From Rhina ancylostomus (Eukaryota), in the NCBI GenBank assembly GCA_030265395.1, contig JARFYF010000074.1, positions 45,547,342 through 45,611,341 on the forward strand: a stretch of DNA of 64,000 nucleotides. Direction: 5' to 3'. This document shows positions 24,853-35,989 of this stretch, piece by piece (position 1 is the first letter of the stretch; each line of letters begins with the position of its first letter). Below the pieces are notes generated by a model, which did not search any database, had not been told where the DNA came from, and worked only from the letters and a program-made list of their open reading frames with translations. A program made the translations under genes and the position numbers.

Positions 24853-26149
24853 CTGTATTAGATGCTGCTCAGTTCCTTGCAGCAGGTTATTCTTCCATTG
24901 AAGTCAGTGGGAGCACTGTCCCTGGGTGGTTTGTGTGTTCTCCCCCTCCCCTCCCCCAGTCAGAAGCTACCTAGTCAAACTCTTTTGTTGAATTTCAGAA
25001 TTGCAGGGTTGCCATGATTACATCAGGGAAGTGGCACAGAAAGAGGCCATTCAGCCCAACCCACCCAGGCCAGCATTCATGCTCCATTCAAGCTCCCTCC
25101 CATCATTCCTCACTAATCCTATTGGCATAACCCTCTGTACCTCGTCTGGTCTTCTCTTCAATATATCTCTTAGCAGTTCCCTGTCAGTGGAGAGTTCCAC
25201 ATTCCCAACACTCTTTGGGTGAAGAAATTTCTACTGAATTCCTTATTGAATTACTTGNNNNNNNNNNNNNNNNNNNNNNNNNNNNNNNNNNNNNNNNNNN
25301 NNNNNNNNNNNNNNNNNNNNNNNNNNNNNNNNNNNNNNNNNNNNNNNNNNNNNNNNNNNNNNNNNNNNNNNNNNNNNNNNNNNNNNNNNNNNNNNNNNNN
25401 NNNNNNNNNNNNNNNNNNNNNNNNNNNNNNNNNNNNNNNNNNNNNNNNNNNNNNNNNNNNNNNNNNNNNNNNNNNNNNNNNNNNNNNNNNNNNNNNNNNN
25501 NNNNNNNNNNNNNNNNNNNNNNNNNNNNNNNNNNNNNNNNNNNNNNNNNNNNNNNNNNNNNNNNNNNNNNNNNNNNNNNNNNNNNNNNNNNNNNNNNNNN
25601 NNNNNNNNNNNNNNNNNNNNNNNNNNNNNNNNNNNNNNNNNNNNNNNNNNNNNNNNNNNNNNNNNNNNNNNNNNNNNNNNNNNNNNNNNNNNNNNNNNNN
25701 NNNNNNNNNNNNNNGTCAATGTTTCTGGGTACTGAAAAGTAAATGAGCCTGACAATGTGGGAAATTTGGGGAAAATAGGTTACAGGGAAAATTATTGGGG
25801 AAATGGGATTGCTCTGCAACCTGGCATAAACTCAGTGGACTGGTATTTGCCTCTTTCTCTGTTGTAATGGAATCTGGAAATAGCAATAAACAATGTTAAC
25901 AGAAGAGTTTGAGAAAAGCAAACATTTACTAGCGAAACTAAATTAGTGCTTGATAGAATTAGAACTTGGGTTCCAGAACTAGTTCAGACCCTCACATTGT
26001 AGCCCATTTGTGTGGTGAACAAGTATAAGAAAGTGAAGCAGTCGTCGGCCATTCAGCCCCTTGTGCCTGAACTCTACTTTCCTGCATTGATCCCAAACTA
26101 CTGAACAATCTGTTAATTTCTGAATACATTCAGCTACTGAATCTAGCCC

Positions 26150-26420
26150 AGACACAAGAGATTCTGCAGATGCTGGAATCTGGAGCAACACATACAAAAT
26201 GTTGGAGGAATTTAGCAGGTCAGGCAACATCTGTGGAGGGAAATAAACAGTCAATNNNNNNNNNNNNNNNNNNNNNNNNNNNNNNNNNNNNNNNNNNNNN
26301 NNNNNNNNNNNNNNNNNNNNNNNNNNNNNNNNNNNNNNNNNNNNNNNNNNNNNNNAGGCAACATCTGTGGAGGGAAATAAACAGTCGATGTTTCAGGTCA
26401 AGACCCTTCATCAGGACTGA
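26150..26420 (-). mobile_element. Penelope-derived short element with hammerhead core, inserted in a CR1
   Basis: agacacaagagattctgcagatgctgg..acagtcgatgtttcaggtcaagacccttcatcaggactg. CR1 sequence continues on both sides, with ctgaatcta repeated at the two junctions. Confidence 0.8.
26382..26419 (-). ncRNA. Minimal type I hammerhead ribozyme-like motif (PLE-associated)
   Basis: The minus strand reads CAGTC-CTGATGA-A-GGGTC-TT-GACCT-GAAA-C-ATC-GACTG. Stem I is CAGTC/GACTG, the CUGAUGA and GAAA core is intact, stem II is present, and the cleavage triplet is AUC (consensus GUC). Confidence 0.7.
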
Positions 26421-27900
26421 ATCTACCCCAGCTTGCTTTAAGAATTCCAAAGAACCACCACCTTCTGGGTGAAGAAATTTTGTCTCATCTCAGCACTGAA
26501 TGGCCAATCCCTTATTTTAGGTTTGTGACCCTAGACATCCCAGAGTAGGAAATTCATTCTTGCATCTACCTTGTCAAGTCCTGAGAGAATTTTGTGCATT
26601 TTGATGAGATCACATCTCATTCCTCTAAACCCATCAGAGAGTAGGCCAGTTTGCTTAATGAATCCTTGTATAAGAAAGCTGCCATCCCAGGAATCAACCT
26701 GGTGAACTCTCATAGGGCTCCCTTCATCCCAAGAATATTCTTTCTTCAGTAGTGAAACCAGACTTGCACACCATATTCCAGATGCAGTTTCTCCAAGACC
26801 TTATATAATTGGAGCAGGAAGTTTTTATTCATGTAGTCAAATCCTTTTACAATAAAAGCAAACATATATTTTGCCGTCTTAATTGCTCGCTGTAACTGCA
26901 CGGGAATTTTCAATGATTTCTTAACAAGGAATGCTGGCCCCTCTGAACACAAACTGCTCTCTGTCCCTCACTGTTCCAAAAAAAAATACTGCCTTTCTAT
27001 CTTTTTGACCAAAGGAGATGGCCACACACGTTCCATCTGCTAACCCAGTCACTTAGCGTGTCCATATCCCCTTGAAGACTCTCTTCAACTTCCTTTCAGC
27101 TCACTTCCCACTTGTATCCTCAAAAAAACTGGGATATATTAAGTTTGATTTTCCCATCTAAATTACAGATTGTGAAAAGGTGGGGCCCTAGCACTTTCCC
27201 TGAAACACACCACAACCAGCCACAACCTCTCAACATGATAACTACTTGTTTATTCCTACTCTTTGTTTTCTGTCTTTAACTAGTCCTCATTTCAGGCCAC
27301 TGTATTACCCTCAGTATATTGTGCATTCACTTGTTTGTTAATCTATTATGTGTCAACCTTATAAAAGCCATGTTGAAAGTCCAAATACAATGAATCTACT
27401 TGTTCCCCCTTATCAGTTCTGCAAGTTAAAATCCAAAAATGGTCCAACAATATTTCCCTTTCATTAATCCACATCATTTCTGCCCAATCCTATTAGAACT
27501 TTTCATAACGTAGGTCCCTGCATAAAGGGGAACATAAAATTCCTTTTTTCCCATATCAGTCTGTAGAGGATCCACATTAGCAGCTAATCTTTTCCTTTTT
27601 GCATATCCATAGAAATTTTCACAGTCTGTTTTTTTTTTGCTAGACTGTTGCTTTATTCTATTTTCTGTTTCCTTATCAATGTCTTGGTGATTCTTTGTTT
27701 AATTTTAACATTTTCCCAGTCCTCAGAAATACTCTTTGGGCAACATTATGGGCCTTTTCCTTTGATCTAATACTGCCTTTAATTTCTAATGACGGCCACG
27801 ATCAGACTACTTTTCTGTTTTCTTTTTGAGTTAAGGGGATATGTGATTTGTAAACTATATAGCAGTTCTTTAAATTCCAGAATACTTCACTTTTAGAAGG

Positions 27901-28034
27901 AAAACAGAAGAAAGTTCTCAGACCTGAGACGTTAACTGTTTCTCTTTCCACAGCTGCTGCCTGACATACTTAGTTTTTCCAAAATTTTCTGTTTTCATTT
28001 CAGGTTTCTGACATCTGCAGTTTTTTTTTAAACT
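27901..28034 (+). mobile_element. Penelope-tail short insertion flanked by a 15-bp direct repeat
   Basis: gacctgagacgttaactgtttctctttccacagctgctgcctga..catctgcagtttt is flanked by ttcacttttagaagg at 27886-27900 and 28035-28049. Confidence 0.75.
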
Positions 28035-28429
28035 TTCACTTTTAGAAGGGATGGGCAGAATGGAATAGGAGGATTTGGAGCCTTGATATTAAGGAATACG
28101 ATAAAGGCAGTAGGGAGGAAGGATGTTAGGACCTCCCCCTCCCCTCCCCCTGGCAAACAAAAGTAGTAATTCAAGGCATGGTGTAAATCAGGAAATTAGG
28201 GGGTTTTGATTTACTTCATACAAAGTCCATTCTTTACATTCTTGCCACCAATTTATAATGTATGCCTGGGTTCTTACCCCAAATGCACATAATGATAGGA
28301 ATATAGTGAATCAAAGGGAGTCACAGAGAATTAAAACAAGGGCACTTTATTTATTGCACTCTAATTATACTGTGCACACATCACACATGTCACATATTTA
28401 CATACACTTCACAAATATTCAGGTGTTTA

Positions 28430-29065
28430 TTGGTCATTGAGTCATACAGCACAAGAACAGGCCCTTCATCCCACCGTGTCCATTGTCCCTGCTGCCTGTT
28501 GAACTTTCCAATGCTAATCCAATTTACTGGCATTAGGTCTTGGTATTCCAGAACTTTAATGTTGTGTGAGTATCTGCTCCACCACCTCTTCAGTCAGTAC
28601 ATTCCAGATTCCAACCCCCCCCCCGCCCCCCGTGTGAAAAGAAAACTCCCCCTCTGAACCATTTGTTTCTCACCTTAAACCTTTTCCCATGATGGGGTGT
28701 CTAAGGCAAGAGGGCAAAAGAGTTTTTCTATCTACCCATCTATCCCACTTATAATTTTATATACCTCTTTTAAGTCACCCTTCAGCCTCCTCTGTAGCTA
28801 GTGAAAACAAACCCAGTTTCTCCTTACAATTGAAATGCTCCAACCCAGGCAACATCCTGATGAATCTCCTCTGTACCCTCTCCAGCGCGATTGCATCCTT
28901 CCTATAGTGTGGCAACCAGAATTGCACACAGTACTCCAGGCATAGCTTAACCAACGTTTATAAAGTTGGAACCAGATGTTATATTCTCAGCCACAACCAA
29001 TGAAGGCATGCATTCCATATGCTACATCTGTGCTGCTTCTTTCAGGGATCTATGGACTTGTACCC
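28430..29065 (-). mobile_element. CR1 LINE 3' part
   Basis: gtcatacagcacaagaacaggcccttc tail; ccaggcaacatcctgatgaatctcctctgtaccctctcc. Confidence 0.8.
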
Positions 29066-29399
29066 CAATGTCCCTCTCTGGTCATTATACATCCACTAGG
29101 GCCCCACCATTTACTGTGGGATAACCTGATCTTGTTTGCTCACCACACACGTCAGGATTAATTGTCAGGAAGTACCTCACGGTGTGAAACTGCCGAAGTG
29201 TTTCCCAGAACATCTGTCTCTTTAAGATTCCCCATTGGAAATCTGTCAGCTCCTGTAGCAGAGACCAATAACAAAATTACACCACTCTGCCATACTGTTT
29301 TGAAACTCAATAAGGTCCCTGTTATTGAAAGTTTAATGCTTTTTAACAATTCACTGACAACTTTATGCTGCTCTATTCATGGGCAAGATACTTCAGTCC

Positions 29400-29600
29400 A
29401 GTAGATGATAAATTGCTGGATGAACTCTGCAGGTCGCCCAGCATCTGTGGAGGCAAAGGGATGGTCGACATTTTGGGTCGAGATCCTACATAAGAACTGA
29501 GTGCAGAGGGAAGCAAGCCAGTATATAGAAGTGAGAGCGAGGGGTGAACCAGAGGCTGGTAGGTGATAGTTGGAAATATAAAAGAAATAAATAGGCAGAT
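29400..29600 (-). mobile_element. Penelope 3'-end fragment with degenerate hammerhead
   Basis: tgctggatgaactctgcaggtc..cagcatctgtggagg..gtcgacattttgggtcgagatcct. Confidence 0.6.
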
Positions 29601-29754
29601 GGCAGATCAGTACAGTAAATATTGAGAGTTGGAAAGAAGCAAATCAAGAATTGTCACCTTACTTATCACATAATATACTAATAGGAGACGTTGCTTAGTC
29701 ATTCCACTCAAACAGTCATTTCAAAGCATATTCCCCTGTCCCTGCCCTACAGTT

Positions 29755-29975
29755 TAAGATAAGATTTCTTTATTAGTCAGATGTACACCGAAACACACAG
29801 TGAAATGCATCTTTTCATAGACTGTTCTAGAGGCAGCCCGCAAGTGTCGCCGTGCTTCCGGCGGCAACATAGCATGCCCACAACTTCCTAACCCGTATGT
29901 CTTTGGAACGTGGGAGGAAATCGGAGCACCCGAAGGAAACCCATACAGTCGTGGGGAGAACATGCAAACTCCTTG
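29755..29975 (-). mobile_element. V-SINE, younger subfamily, 5'-truncated
   Basis: taagataagat tail; gcagcccgcaagtgtcgcc..ggcggcaacatagcatgccca..gggaggaaatcggagcacc. Confidence 0.85.
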
Positions 29976-30303
29976 TTTGCCTACCTCTCTGGCAACTGGT
30001 ACTAATCAGAGACTTTTTTTTTGCTTTATGTGATTACTATTTGACTGCATATGTGTGTTTTTTTTAAAAGTGCTGTCTGTTTTCATTATAGAATTTGAAA
30101 TAGTTTATATTCATTGCATTGCAAAGGAAACAAGTAGAAATTCACAGTCAGAAATTAATTTGGCCAACAAATATTAAAGGAGGTGGCCATTTTTCCCACT
30201 GTAGGAGGTGGTTATTGTTACATAGAATGTTGTCTTTAATCCCTAAATAGTGGTAATTAGCAAAAAAAATTCTACGCTTCTGAATGGCTCAGAAGGAATG
30301 GAA

Positions 30304-30363
30304 TTACTGAATGGGCTTTTATTTTTCATTCCTTTACTGAATGGGCTTTTATTTTTCATTCCT
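30304..30363. repeat. Perfect 30-bp tandem duplication
   Basis: ttactgaatgggcttttatttttcattcct x2. Confidence 0.95.
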
Positions 30364-30794
30364 TCACTAGCAAAGAGAGCATTTGTTTTCCATCCTTAAT
30401 CTTCTTTGAACAGTGGCTCACTGGCCCACGTTAGAGGCCAATTTTGAATCAGCCCATATAGGCAGGAGCCTGAAGTAGCACACAGGCCAGACCAGATAAT
30501 GACAGAAGATTTCATTCCCTGAAGAACATAGGTAAACCAGATGGGGTTTTATGGCAGTCTGGTAGCTTCCTAACCATCATTAATGATGCCAACTTTTCTT
30601 TTGGCCTTTATAATTAATTGAATTTGAATTCCCAGCAGCCACGTTGGAATTGGAACATGCCTCCAGATCATAAACTCAGGTCTCTGGTTTACTTGTACCA
30701 ATAGAGCAACTATGCCACCCAACCCCAGGAGCTAGGCTTCTCCAAGTATTTGAGGGGCTGAATAGGCTACCCAGCTGCCACTAAAATAACTGCT

Positions 30795-31034
30795 TGTAGC
30801 AGCCTGTACTCACGGGTTTCGAACTGTCATCGGCGGCTGCGGACAGACGCGCAGGAGCAAGGCGCGATCGAACCGCGGGGAGGGCCTTCCGTCAGGGACC
30901 TGATATCACGTCTGCCGAAGGGGCCCTAGGGTATTTTAGCGTGTACGCCTTTTGTTTGACTCAGTAAAGTGTGCTTCGATTCAGCCTCCATGTCTCCGAG
31001 TTTTCCTTTCGAAATCGCGCTGCGTTCAGCTACA
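30795..31034 (+). repeat. 5' LTR of the Gypsy element (240 bp)
   Basis: Begins TGTAGC and ends GCTACA (6-bp terminal inverted repeat, TG..CA). Internal AGTAAA polyA-like signal at ~30963. Immediately followed by the PBS. The 3' LTR is not visible. Confidence 0.85.
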
Positions 31035-31036
31035 TT

Positions 31037-31050
31037 TGGTGACCCTGATG
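31037..31050 (+). promoter_or_regulatory. Primer-binding site, tRNA-Trp type
   Basis: TGGTGACCCTGATG starts 2 nt after the LTR end. It matches the tRNA-Trp PBS TGGTGACCCCGACG with two CpG-type C>T changes. Confidence 0.8.
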
Positions 31051-33045
31051 CTTCCAGATGGCATCTGGGACCCGAGACATGAGTTCCAGTGGCTTGCACA
31101 ACACAGTCTCACTCAAGCTCCTAGCTTTCTGGGCCTCAGCCCCATGTGTGTGGTTTGAGCAGGCTGAGGCCCAGTTCAGCATCAGAGACATTACAGCCAA
31201 CGCCACGTGGTACTACTATGTGGTCAGTGCGCTCAACCAAGGCACGGCAGGCCGGATCATCGATTTCCTGCACCGAACACCAGCAGAGGACAGGTACGCT
31301 AAAATCAGGGTGCTCCTGATCTGCACCTTCAGGCTTTCCAGCCGAGAACAGGACATGCAGCTCCTGCACGTGGACGGCCTAGGCGACTGCAAGCCATCCG
31401 AATTGATGAGCAACATGCTGGTGCTCATGGATGGCCATAAGCCGTGCTTTTTGTTCGAGCAGTTGTTCCTTGAGCAACTGCTGGAGGACCTTCGCCCCCT
31501 CGTCACAGGTGAGGATTTCAGTGACCCCTGCAGACTCACAGCCCGTGTGGACATCTTGTGGCAGAGTAAGCAATGAGAAGCGGCTTCCCTCTGCCTAACC
31601 ATGACTGCGTAGCCCAAAGCCAAAACCCCACAACCGAAGCCACCGGGACTCACCAGGACAAGGAGGAAGGCTCAGACCAATGGTGTTTTTACCATCAGAG
31701 GTGGGGGTCAAATGTGTGCCGCTGCCATCCACCATGTTCTTTCCAGGGAAATGCCCGGGCCGGCTGTCGTGACAGCCTCCTTTTCCTCTGGACCGACATT
31801 CCAGCCGACGTTTCCTGGTGGACACCGGGGCTGAAATCAGTGTCCTGCCTCACTCCAACATGGACACCCATAATGTGGCCCCGGGCCCCGACCTCACCAC
31901 CGCGAATGGCACGACCATCCGGATGTACGGAACGCGAACTGTCCTGCTGCGTTTCAGGCCCAGCTCCTTCACCTGGACCTTCGCGGTAGCAGCAGTGTCA
32001 CGGCCGTTACTAGGGGCGGATTTCCTACGGGTCAACCGCCTTCTGGTCGATCTGAAGGGCTGGCGTTTGCTCCATGCCAAGACCTTCCAGACGTTCCAGC
32101 TCAGGGACGGCCACATCCCGGCCCTCCACCTGAACCCCATCATACTCTCGGGTGACGAGTTTGCCAGGGTGTTTGCAGATTTCCCTTCCATCATCACCCC
32201 GCAGTTCTCTGCCACCAGTCCCAAGCACGGCATGCAACACCACACTCCCACGCAGGGGCTACCACTGCACTCCCAAGCCCATAGGCTCCCATCCAACAAG
32301 CTTCACTTCACCAAGGAGTAGTTTCGGAAAATGGAAGAGATGGGGATCATCCGGTGTTTGGACAGCCCGTTGGCATTGCCGCTGCACATGGTACCCAAGG
32401 CAGCCAGGGGTTGGAGGCCCTGCGGGGACTACAGGAGACTCAATAATGCCACAACTGCCAATAGATACCCGGTACCTCGCATCCAGGATTTCATGGCGAA
32501 CCTGCACGGGGCGACCATCTTTTCAAAAATCGATTTGGTCCGGGGGTACCACTAGATCCCCGTACACCCCGATGATGTGCCCAAGATGGCTCTCATCACC
32601 CTTTTCACATTGTTCGAATTCCTCAGGATGCCCTTCGGCCTCAAGAACACCGTCCAGACTTTCCAGAGACTTATGGATTTGTTAGGGCGAGGCCTGGATT
32701 TTGCCTTTATCTACCTGGATGACATCCTGACGGCCAGCTGCTTGTGCCAAGAGCACGTGGCACATCTGCACCAACTCCTGAGCAACCACGGACTGGCAAT
32801 CAACCCAGCAAAGTACCAGTTTGGGCTGCAGGAGATCGACTTCTTGGTAAACCATCATGGCGCCGCCCAGCTACTGGACGAAGTCCGGGCCATCCGCCAG
32901 TTCCCCAAACCCAGCATGGTCAAGGGCCTGCAAGAGTTTGTGGGGNNNNNNNNNNNNNNNNNNNNNNNNNNNNNNNNNNNNNNNNNNNNNNNNNNNNNNN
33001 NNNNNNNNNNNNNNNNNNNNNNNNNNNNNNNNNNNNNNNNNNNNN

Positions 33046-33205
33046 CCAAATCTCGTTAAACTCCTAATGAAGCAGAGCCGCTGGCATGCCTTCTTCATGA
33101 TTGCATCAATGTGTTGGGCCCAGGATGGATCCGCTGAGATGTTGATGCCCAGGAACTTGAAGCTGCTCACCCTTTCTACCGTTAACCCCTCAATGAGGAC
33201 TGGTG
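33046..33205 (-). mobile_element. Rex1/Babar-like (DUF1891-type) LINE fragment
   Basis: SSFKFLGINISADPSWAQHIDAIMKKACQRLCFIRSL on the minus strand. Confidence 0.8.
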
Positions 33206-33227
33206 TTTACCGAGGCAGCGAGAAGCG

Positions 33228-33710
33228 TACTGCATTGGGTGGTCTCGATGTGGCCTCCTCTACATCAGTGAGACCAAGGGCAGACTGGGCGACCGCTTCG
33301 CGGAGCACCTGCACTCCGTCCACCATGGCCACCTGGAGCTCCTGGTTGTAAGGCTATTTTAACTCCCCTCCCCATCCCCACACCAACCTGAATGTCCTCG
33401 GCCTCCTCCACTGCCAGGGAGAGCCCAAACATAAACTAGAGGGAACAGCACCTCATAATCCCCCTGGGTAGTTTACTACCTGATGGCGTGAACATTGAAT
33501 TCTTCAATTTCAGGCAACCTGCTCCTAGGCCCTTTCCCCCTCTTGCTCTTGCTCCACCCCTTCCCTCCACCTCTTTATATTGGCTCTTTCCCCTCTATCT
33601 CTCAGTCCAGGAGAAGGCTCTCAACCCAAAACGTTAACTGTCCATTTCCCTCCACAGGTTCTGCCCGACCCACTGAGTTCCTCCAGCATCTTGTTTTTTG
33701 CTCCAAATTC
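33228..33710 (+). mobile_element. Penelope-like element 3' end: GIY-YIG endonuclease fragment plus pLTR with degenerate hammerhead
   Basis: YCIGWSRCGLLYISETKGRLGDRFAEHL (GIY-YIG YIGET..RFAEH motif). Tail cagtccaggagaaggctctcaacccaaaacgttaactg..ccacaggttctgcccgacccactgagttcctccagc. Confidence 0.85.
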
Positions 33711-33829
33711 CTGAGTGTTCTGGATGACAATGATACTTTCTTCTACTTGTTTGACTAATGTGTCTGCATCACACTGAATTAATAGGTCATGATTTCACAG
33801 CGTCAATCTGGAGACTTAAAACTTAAAAA

Positions 33830-34180
33830 GAAAGACTTGTGTTAAGCACTTCTCAATATTCTTCATAGCCGGTGAAGTGGTTTTCTGTGTCTAATCATTG
33901 CTAATAGTATAAGTTCAAAGTATTATCTCTCAAATGGGTCATTTGCTCTCTCAGGTGGACATCAAAGAATCTGTTCTGAAGAAAAGCAGACTCCTCAACC
34001 AATATTTAGCCACCCCACGATGTCACGAGAAGCACATTATCTGTTCATTTATCATATTGATGTTTCAGGAATCTTGATGTGTGCAAAACTGTTGACTGCA
34101 TTTCCATCGTTACAACCGAGACCATTTTCAAAGGTATTTAATTACTGCGCAATGCATCGGACCTTGAGGAGGTGAGAGGG
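33830..34180. mobile_element. Old Deu-domain SINE remnants
   Basis: tcatttatcatattgatgtttcaggaatcttgatgtgtgcaaaactg..tgcatttcc..ttacaa matches the Deu domain. Confidence 0.5.
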
Positions 34181-34732
34181 TGGGGAGTTGCTCTAGAGCA
34201 CTGCAATCCACTTCCATACAATGAAAGGACACATTCCTCCTAGACTGAATTATGTAGAATCATCTGGCCAACAAAATTTGTGCAGTGTTTAAATTCCAGC
34301 AAATTTCTTCTTTCTAACCTTCTCCTTTCTCCCACATATGCTTTCATCAAGCTTTTACCTATCCCCATATTTTTTTTAAATATATTTCTTTTTAATGGAT
34401 GCTAACATCACTGACAGGGCCAGCATTAATTGTCAGCTTAGAGGTGCCTGAAATGGGCTTGCCAGACAGATTTCCTTCCTGAAGGATATTAGCAAATCAA
34501 AGATACTTTTGTAATGTCCCGAACCATCCTTTCTGTGGCCTACATTTGGGTGACAGTTGTTGGCTACATCTCCCTTGTATGTCCATGCATTTATAGCCAC
34601 GTGTCCGTGCTTTGCAGAATGGAAGTGCTGAACAACACATCTGACTGACAACAGAAGAACATTAGACAACAGGAGCAGGAGAACACACTTGACCCCTCAA
34701 GCCTGCCCCAGTGTTCAATATGATCATGGCTG

Positions 34733-35610
34733 ATTGGTATTGGTATCGGTTTATTATTGTCACTTGTACTGAGGTGCAGTGAAAAACTTGTCTTGCACAC
34801 CGATAGTACAGGTCAATTCATTACACAGTGAGGTTACATTGAGTTAGTACAGAGTGCATTGATGTAGTTCAGGTAAAAACAATAACAGCACAGAGTAAAG
34901 TGTCACAGCTGCAGAGAAAGTTCGGTGTAATAAGGTGCAGGTCACAAGGTAGATCATGAGGTCAGAGTCCATCTCATCGTATAAGGGAACCGGTCAATAG
35001 TCTTATCACAGTGGGGTAGAAGCTGTCCTTAAGTCTGGTGGTACGTGCCCTCAGGCTCCTGTATCTTCTATCCAATGGAAGAGGAGAGAAGAGAGAATGT
35101 CTCGGGTAGGTGGGGTCTATGATTATGCTGGCTGCTTCACCAAGACAATAAGAGGTAAAGACAGAGTCCAAGGAGGGGAGGCTGGTGTCCGTGATGTACT
35201 AGGCTGTGTCCACAAGTCTCTGCAGTTTCTTGCAGTCCTGGACAGAGCAGTTGCCCTACCAAGCCGTGATGCATCCAGATAGGATGCTTTCTATGGTGTA
35301 TCGGTAGAAGCTGGTGAGAGTCAAAGGGATGAACCAAATTTCTTTAGCCTTCTGAGGAAGTAAGAGCACTGGTGAGCCTTCTTGGCTGTGGCATCTACAT
35401 ATCTACATGATTTGACCAGGACAGGCTGTTAGTGATGTTCACTCCCAGGAACTTAAAGCTCTCAATCCTCTCTACCTTAACACCATTGATGTAAACAGGT
35501 GCATGTACACTGCCCCCTTTCCTGAAGTCAATGACCAGCTCTTTTGTTGATATTGAGGGAAAGGTTGTTGTCATGGCACCATTCCACTAAGCTCTGTATC
35601 TTCTTCCTCC
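34733..35610 (-). mobile_element. Rex1/Babar-like (DUF1891-type) LINE 3' part, relatively young
   Basis: Minus strand DPTYPRHSLFSPLPLDRRYRSLRARTTRLKDSFYPTVIRLL. (ACCAAT)n tail at 34733-34750. It abuts a CR1 tail (34655-34732). Confidence 0.88.
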
Positions 35611-35989
35611 TTTTTAAGATGTTGGATAAAGCCAGATTAATGTCTATCCATGCAATTTCACCTCAGACGTGTGTGTATAGACTCAAGTCCCCCTTCTGAA
35701 TTTTGAGAACTAATATATAGGCAGAGATCTCACTTAAATATTGAAGGAATGCTGTCACATTTGGAGTATTGCTGTAGTATATGCTGTCTTTCAGAAGACG
35801 TGTTAAACTAAGGCACTGTCCATGCAGTTGGATATACAAGATCCCATGCAAAAAATTCACAGGAACAGGGCAATTAGCCCAGAAACCTGGATAATATTTA
35901 TTCTTTAGATATCATCAACACATTGGTGTTTGTTAATAATTTACTAAGAGGCTGTTGGTGAACTTGGAACACTGGAGACCTTGTAGACC

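Larger units (their letters stand above)
26020..27840 (-). mobile_element. CR1 LINE, long decayed 3' part
   Basis: Minus-strand MRCDLIKMHKILSGLDKVDARM and KGFDYMNKNFLLQLYKVLEKLHLEYGVQVW. Confidence 0.85.
30795..32945 (+). mobile_element. Ty3/Gypsy LTR retrotransposon, CsRN1-like clade, 5' half (LTR-gag-PR-RT), decayed and truncated by an assembly gap
   Basis: Gag VSLKLLAFWASAPCVWFEQAEAQF..YYYVVSAL from ATG 31079. C-X2-H-X9-C-X3-C knuckle at 31684-31737. Protease FLVDTGAEISVLP. RT WRPCGDYRRLN, FSKIDL, MPFGLKN, YLDD (32712-32723). In-frame TAGs at 32319 and 32553 plus frameshifts. GC- and CpG-rich relative to the flanks. Confidence 0.95.

Noticed and set aside
25184-25819. Long ORFs in the ORF track (also 42813-43364 and 4402-4804)
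   Set aside because: They are open only because they run through N gaps.
30304-30363. 30-bp repeat as a possible CRISPR-like unit
   Set aside because: Only two adjacent copies with no spacers, in a eukaryotic context. A simple tandem duplication.
32946-33205. Apparent Gypsy-LINE fusion ORF (32577-33059, 32857-33351)
   Set aside because: The two parts are separated by a 100-N placeholder gap and are in opposite orientation. The real distance and content are unknown.
34974-35337. ORFs that automated pipelines may label ALKBH8-like or uncharacterised protein
   Set aside because: C-terminal DUF1891-type region of a LINE ORF2, not a host gene.
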